A DNA stretch of 32,000 nucleotides from assembly GCF_000018785.1 (NCBI RefSeq), contig NC_010163.1, positions 90,001-122,000 on the forward strand. The letters are read 5' to 3'. This DNA comes from Acholeplasma laidlawii PG-8A (lineage in GTDB: Bacteria; Bacillota_I; Bacilli_A; Acholeplasmatales; Acholeplasmataceae). The translations under genes were made by a program, and so were the position numbers. This document shows positions 28,462 to 32,000 of the stretch, one piece after another (position 1 is the stretch's first letter; every line of letters starts with the position of its first letter). Under the pieces are notes generated by a model. That model ran no database searches and was not told where the DNA came from. It saw only the letters and a program-made list of their open reading frames with translations.

Positions 28462-28550
28462 ATATTCACATCCTTTTACTTTATTCTATCACACAATCAC
28501 TCTATGGTCTAAATATTATAGTTTTACCAATCTACTAATGAGCTTTATGA

Positions 28551-28556
28551 TATAAT
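28551..28556 (+). promoter_or_regulatory. Candidate extended -10 (TGATATAAT) for the GGDEF gene
   Basis: TATAAT preceded by TGA upstream of the GGDEF ORF. Confidence 0.5.
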
Positions 28557-28618
28557 TAAATCAAATAAGATCAAAAAACTAGCGAATTTTTAAACAAGTT
28601 GGTTAGAGGGAGAATTTT

Positions 28619-30118
28619 TTGATTATACTGGTTATATTGTTGGTTGTTTTTGGTTTATCCATACAGATTTTAATGATAAATACTCACAAAAGAAATATTT
28701 TGAGAAAAGACTACATTGCGCTAAATGTAGCACTTTACATAGATGCTTTTGCAACTATGCTTTTTATCTTTAGCGTCTACTTTGATGCCCCTACATATTT
28801 TCATTTAATATTTGAATACTTGATTTTTGTATCTATGGGTATCTTGTTTTTGATTATTATGCGTATCCTCAGTTCAAAATCTGAAAAACGTATTATTGCA
28901 ACCTTTTCAATCGGTATTATAGGTGTAGGACTTATTATGATATTTGGTACTAAGATGGATAAAGTGCTTGCTCAATCCTTGTTACTTGTTATCTTATTAT
29001 CTAGAATTCTGATTGTGGATTTTAGGAAGGTTTATCCATCTAAGTATATAAAATCTACCGTTTACTTGTTGTTTATCACAGAAACTGTGCGTTTTATTAC
29101 GGAAGGGTTCATCACATCAGATCTTTTATATCACACCTTCACAGATACTTGGGTTTCTGCATTTTCATTCATTTTAAGGGCACTTTCAATGGTGTTTATT
29201 ATTATCTTACATGACCAATTATCCATTAATAAAAATCTTGCAAAAACATTAGATATTCAATCATCAGCTAAACTACTTAACCAAGTCTTTGATCAAAATC
29301 CAAACGTTGTGATTCTAACCAATATGAAGCGTCAAATCATATATGCAAACAAGCAAACCATTAACTTAACAGGTTATTCAGAAGAAGAACTTATTGGAAG
29401 TACACCTAGTCTATTAAAAAGTGGTCTAACACCAAGAAAAACATATGATGAGCTTGAAAAAGCACTAAGAGCTGGTGAAAGCTGGGTGGGTGAGTTTATT
29501 AATAGAAAGAAAAATGGTGAAATATTTACTGAGTTATCTAAAATTATGACACTTAAAGGTGTCAATGGAAAACCTATGTTTCACTTAGCAATAAAAAATG
29601 ATATTACAAAAGAAAAAGCATATTTACAAGAGTTAGAATATCGTTCAAATCATGATGATCTCACAGGACTTTTAAGACGTCAAGTTTTTATCCAAAAACT
29701 TGAATCTAATATGGGCATAAACCATGAACATAATCATTATTTCATACTGATGGACATCGATGAGTTTAAGTTCATCAATGATAATTATGGTCACTTAATT
29801 GGTGATGATATTTTAATTGAATTTAGTAGCGCTTTAAAGGAAGTGTTTGATATTAGATCTTATATTTGTAGATTTGGTGGCGATGAGTTTGCAGTCTATT
29901 TACATGATTATGAACCTGAACAGGTCAAACTTCTAATAGAACGCTTATATCAAATCCTTTCTAACCACCCAATCGAATCCATTTCTAACGAATACAGATT
30001 GAGGTTTAGTTATGGTTTTACTAAGATTGAAATACCCGTAGATTTCAGCAAAGTTTATGAAAATTCGGATAAAAATCTATATGAACATAAAGCCACTAAA
30101 AATAACTTAAGAAGATAA
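28619..30118 (+). CDS. Membrane-anchored PAS-GGDEF protein (putative diguanylate cyclase)
   Basis: TTG start with GAGGGAG SD; several N-terminal TM segments; PAS domain (LNQVFDQNPNVVILTNMKRQIIYANKQTINLTGYSEEEL); HDDLTGLLRR, DIDEFKFINDNYGHLIGDDIL, CRFGGDEFAVYLH. Confidence 0.92.
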   Translation: MIILVILLVVFGLSIQILMINTHKRNILRKDYIALNVALYIDAFATMLFIFSVYFDAPTYFHLIFEYLIFVSMGILFLIIMRILSSKSEKRIIATFSIGIIGVGLIMIFGTKMDKVLAQSLLLVILLSRILIVDFRKVYPSKYIKSTVYLLFITETVRFITEGFITSDLLYHTFTDTWVSAFSFILRALSMVFIIILHDQLSINKNLAKTLDIQSSAKLLNQVFDQNPNVVILTNMKRQIIYANKQTINLTGYSEEELIGSTPSLLKSGLTPRKTYDELEKALRAGESWVGEFINRKKNGEIFTELSKIMTLKGVNGKPMFHLAIKNDITKEKAYLQELEYRSNHDDLTGLLRRQVFIQKLESNMGINHEHNHYFILMDIDEFKFINDNYGHLIGDDILIEFSSALKEVFDIRSYICRFGGDEFAVYLHDYEPEQVKLLIERLYQILSNHPIESISNEYRLRFSYGFTKIEIPVDFSKVYENSDKNLYEHKATKNNLRR

Positions 30119-30172
30119 GTAGAGATAACTTCATTCCAATGATTAATTAATCACATATTTAGCATGATATAC

Positions 30173-30201
30173 TTGACAAATCAAAGGGAATATTATATTA
30201 T
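30173..30201 (+). promoter_or_regulatory. Sigma70-type promoter of rplM-rpsI
   Basis: TTGACA (30173-30178), 17-nt spacer, TATTAT (30196-30201). Confidence 0.8.
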
Positions 30202-30206
30202 ATTTC

Positions 30207-30272
30207 ACGGTACGTTTTAAAGCTTATATTCCACAGCCCTTATAGCAGTGTAAAATTATAAGGAGAAAGTCT
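30207..30272 (+). promoter_or_regulatory. Structured rplM leader (candidate L13 leader)
   Basis: CAC-A-GC (30232-30237) pairs with GC-A-GTG (30245-30250); the 7-nt loop CCTTATA (30238-30244) is complementary to TATAAGG (30257-30263), which overlaps the rplM SD. Confidence 0.6.
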
Positions 30273-30280
30273 AAAAAAAT

Positions 30281-30709
30281 ATGAAAACATTTATGGCAAA
30301 TGAATCAACAATCCAACGCAAGTGGTATGTTGTCGATGCTGAAGGTAAAACTTTAGGTCGTTTAGCAACTGTAGTTGCTAGCGTTTTAAAAGGAAAACAT
30401 AAACCAACCTACACTCCACATGTAGACTCAGGTGACTATGTGATCGTTATTAACGCAGAAAAAATTAAATTAACTGGTAACAAATGGAATGATAAGATCT
30501 ATTATAAGCATTCAGGTTATGAATCAGGTCTAACTGAAACACCAGCTAAAGAATTAGTAGTTAAAAAACCTACAGCTTTAGTTGAAAAAGCAGTTAAAGG
30601 TATGATTCCACATACATCTCTTGGTAGAGATATGTTTAGAAAACTGTTCGTATATGCAGGACCTGAACATAAACATCAAGCACAACAACCAGAAAGTTTG
30701 GAGGTATAA
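30281..30709 (+). CDS. rplM: 50S ribosomal protein L13
   Basis: [71 protein letters not shown]. Confidence 0.98.
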   Translation: MKTFMANESTIQRKWYVVDAEGKTLGRLATVVASVLKGKHKPTYTPHVDSGDYVIVINAEKIKLTGNKWNDKIYYKHSGYESGLTETPAKELVVKKPTALVEKAVKGMIPHTSLGRDMFRKLFVYAGPEHKHQAQQPESLEV

Positions 30710-30713
30710 TTAC

Positions 30714-31112
30714 ATGGCAAAAGATTTAGTTCAATACTTAGGTACAGGACGCAGAAAGTCATCTGTTGCTCGTGTTATCCTAACTCCTGGTACAGGAAAG
30801 TTTATTGTTAATGGTAGAGAGTTTGAAGAATATATTCCTTCAGCTGCAACACGCCTAGACGTTCTACAACCATTAGAATTAACTGAAAATGTAGGTAAGT
30901 TCGATGTTAGAGCTAACGTTAACGGTGGCGGTTTAACTGGACAAGCAGGTGCAATCCGTTTAGGTATTACACGTGCACTTATGGAAGTTGATGAAGACTT
31001 ACGTAAAGTGTTAAAACCAGCTGGTTTAGTAACTCGTGATCCAAGAGCTAAAGAACGTTATAAATACGGTCTAAGAAAAGCACGTCGTGCAACTCAATTC
31101 TCAAAACGTTAA
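30714..31112 (+). CDS. rpsI: 30S ribosomal protein S9 (132 aa; start corrected from 30621 to 30714)
   Basis: [28 protein letters not shown]...[22 protein letters not shown]; the track extension overlaps rplM. SD GGAGG at 30700-30704. Confidence 0.97.
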   Translation: MAKDLVQYLGTGRRKSSVARVILTPGTGKFIVNGREFEEYIPSAATRLDVLQPLELTENVGKFDVRANVNGGGLTGQAGAIRLGITRALMEVDEDLRKVLKPAGLVTRDPRAKERYKYGLRKARRATQFSKR

Positions 31113-31132
31113 TATTTATATACATTCAAAAG

Positions 31133-31159
31133 AAAACTTCCATGATGTGGGAGTTTTTT
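31133..31159 (+). terminator. Rho-independent terminator after rpsI
   Basis: AAAACTTCC-ATGATGT-GGGAGTTTT with T run. Confidence 0.88.
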
Positions 31160-31282
31160 CTTATTAACCGATTTTATGTGTCTGTAGCTACATTAAGTGG
31201 TGCAATAGAAAGTTAAAATTTGTATGTTTAGTTAATTAGGAATAAGAAGTTAGATAAATAACAAGCATAATACATAATAAAC

Positions 31283-31311
31283 TTGTTTATTCAGTCGAAA
31301 TAATTTATAAT
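31283..31311 (+). promoter_or_regulatory. Candidate gltX promoter
   Basis: TTGTTT (31283-31288), 17-nt spacer, TATAAT (31306-31311). Confidence 0.65.
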
Positions 31312-31335
31312 AAAGGTTGCGAAATGAGGGTGAAC

Positions 31336-32000
31336 ATGAAAAAGTTTAGAGCGCGTTATGCACCATCACCTACAGGACATTTACATATTGGTAATGCAAG
31401 AACAGCATTATTCAATTACTTATTTGCTCGTCACCATGGTGGCGACTTCATTATAAGAATTGAAGATACCGATGTTGCAAGAAATGTTGAAGGTGGTATT
31501 ACATCTCAATTAAATAATTTAAAATGGTTAGGTATGGACTGGGATGAAGGCGTTGATGTTGGAGGTTCTTTTGGTCCTTATAATCAATTAAGCCGTCTAG
31601 AACTGTACAAAAAGTACGCATTTGAGCTACTTGAAAAAGGTTATGCTTATAAAGATTTTAAAGAAGGATCAGAAGATTTTGCGATCCGTTTTAAGGTTCC
31701 AGAAAATGTATTATATGAATTTGATGACGTTATTCGTGGTACACTGAAATTTGAATCAAAAGATGTTGAAGACTGGATTATCTTAAAAGATAATGGTATT
31801 CCTACTTATAACTTTGCTGTTGTTATTGATGATCACTATATGGAAATTACCCACGTGTTTAGAGGTGAAGAACATATTACAAATACACCTAAACAACTCA
31901 TGGTATATGATGCTTTAGGTTGGGAGTATCCAACATTTGGCCACATGACAATTATTGTCAATGAAGACCGTAAAAAGTTAAGTAAAAGAGATACTAATAC
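31336..32000 (+). CDS. gltX: Glutamyl-tRNA synthetase (3' truncated by window end; absent from the ORF track)
   Basis: Translated by eye: [50 protein letters not shown]...[68 protein letters not shown]. Confidence 0.96.
   Translation, partial: MKKFRARYAPSPTGHLHIGNARTALFNYLFARHHGGDFIIRIEDTDVARNVEGGITSQLNNLKWLGMDWDEGVDVGGSFGPYNQLSRLELYKKYAFELLEKGYAYKDFKEGSEDFAIRFKVPENVLYEFDDVIRGTLKFESKDVEDWIILKDNGIPTYNFAVVIDDHYMEITHVFRGEEHITNTPKQLMVYDALGWEYPTFGHMTIIVNEDRKKLSKRDTN

Noticed and set aside
26384-29565. Minus-strand ORFs 26384-26569, 27088-27279, 27646-27975, 29374-29565
   Set aside because: Antisense to metG, yitT-like, ybjQ-like and GGDEF genes; even the 109-aa one (27646-27975) lies over the YbjQ-like gene, which has a convincing product.
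30621-30713. N-terminal extension of S9 ([31 protein letters not shown])
   Set aside because: Overlaps the rplM 3' end; S9 begins at 30714 with a GGAGG SD.
31256-31292. Weak inverted repeat (AATAACAAG...CTTGTTTATT) upstream of gltX, considered as a leader or T-box
   Set aside because: It overlaps the likely -35 of the gltX promoter, has a bulge and no T run, and lacks any T-box core sequence.
1-32000. CRISPR array, prophage, transposon, restriction-modification or toxin-antitoxin system
   Set aside because: No regularly spaced repeats, integrase/transposase motifs, cas-like proteins or RM/TA pairs were seen on either strand.
1-32000. Mycoplasma-type code 4 (TGA=Trp)
   Set aside because: TGA terminates rplE, adk, rsmI and the TrxR-like gene at positions fitting the homologues, and Trp is encoded by TGG.

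Overview
AT-rich 32 kb chromosomal window with a Mollicutes/Firmicutes-type gene set that uses TGA as a stop (rplE, adk and rsmI end in TGA; Trp is TGG). This is most consistent with an Acholeplasma-like genome using the standard code (inference). Left part: 3' half of the spc/alpha ribosomal operon (rplE-rpsN-rpsH-rplF-rplR-rpsE-rpmD-rplO-secY-adk-map-infA-rpmJ-rpsM-rpsK-rpoA-rplQ). It is followed by an accessory segment (hypothetical protein, InlB-repeat/endonuclease I lipoprotein, tag, pepF-like peptidase, DUF1801-like protein, thioredoxin reductase-like and thioredoxin-like proteins), then ecfA1-ecfA2-ecfT-truA joined to tmk-holB-yabB/trmN6-rsmI, a large minus-strand lipoprotein, T-box-controlled metG, a YitT-like protein, a YbjQ-like protein, a SecB-like protein, a PAS-GGDEF protein, rplM-rpsI with a structured leader, and the 5' part of gltX. 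I see no tRNA/rRNA genes, mobile elements or CRISPR arrays. I found no obvious new multi-gene system. The most notable observations are: repeated loss of zinc-ligand cysteines/modules (S14, L36, HolB, and an excised segment in GluRS), a possible SD-sequestering pseudoknot in the rplM leader, two uncommon surface lipoproteins, a degenerate thioredoxin-reductase/thioredoxin pair, a SecB-like protein, and interleaving of two ancestral synteny blocks.
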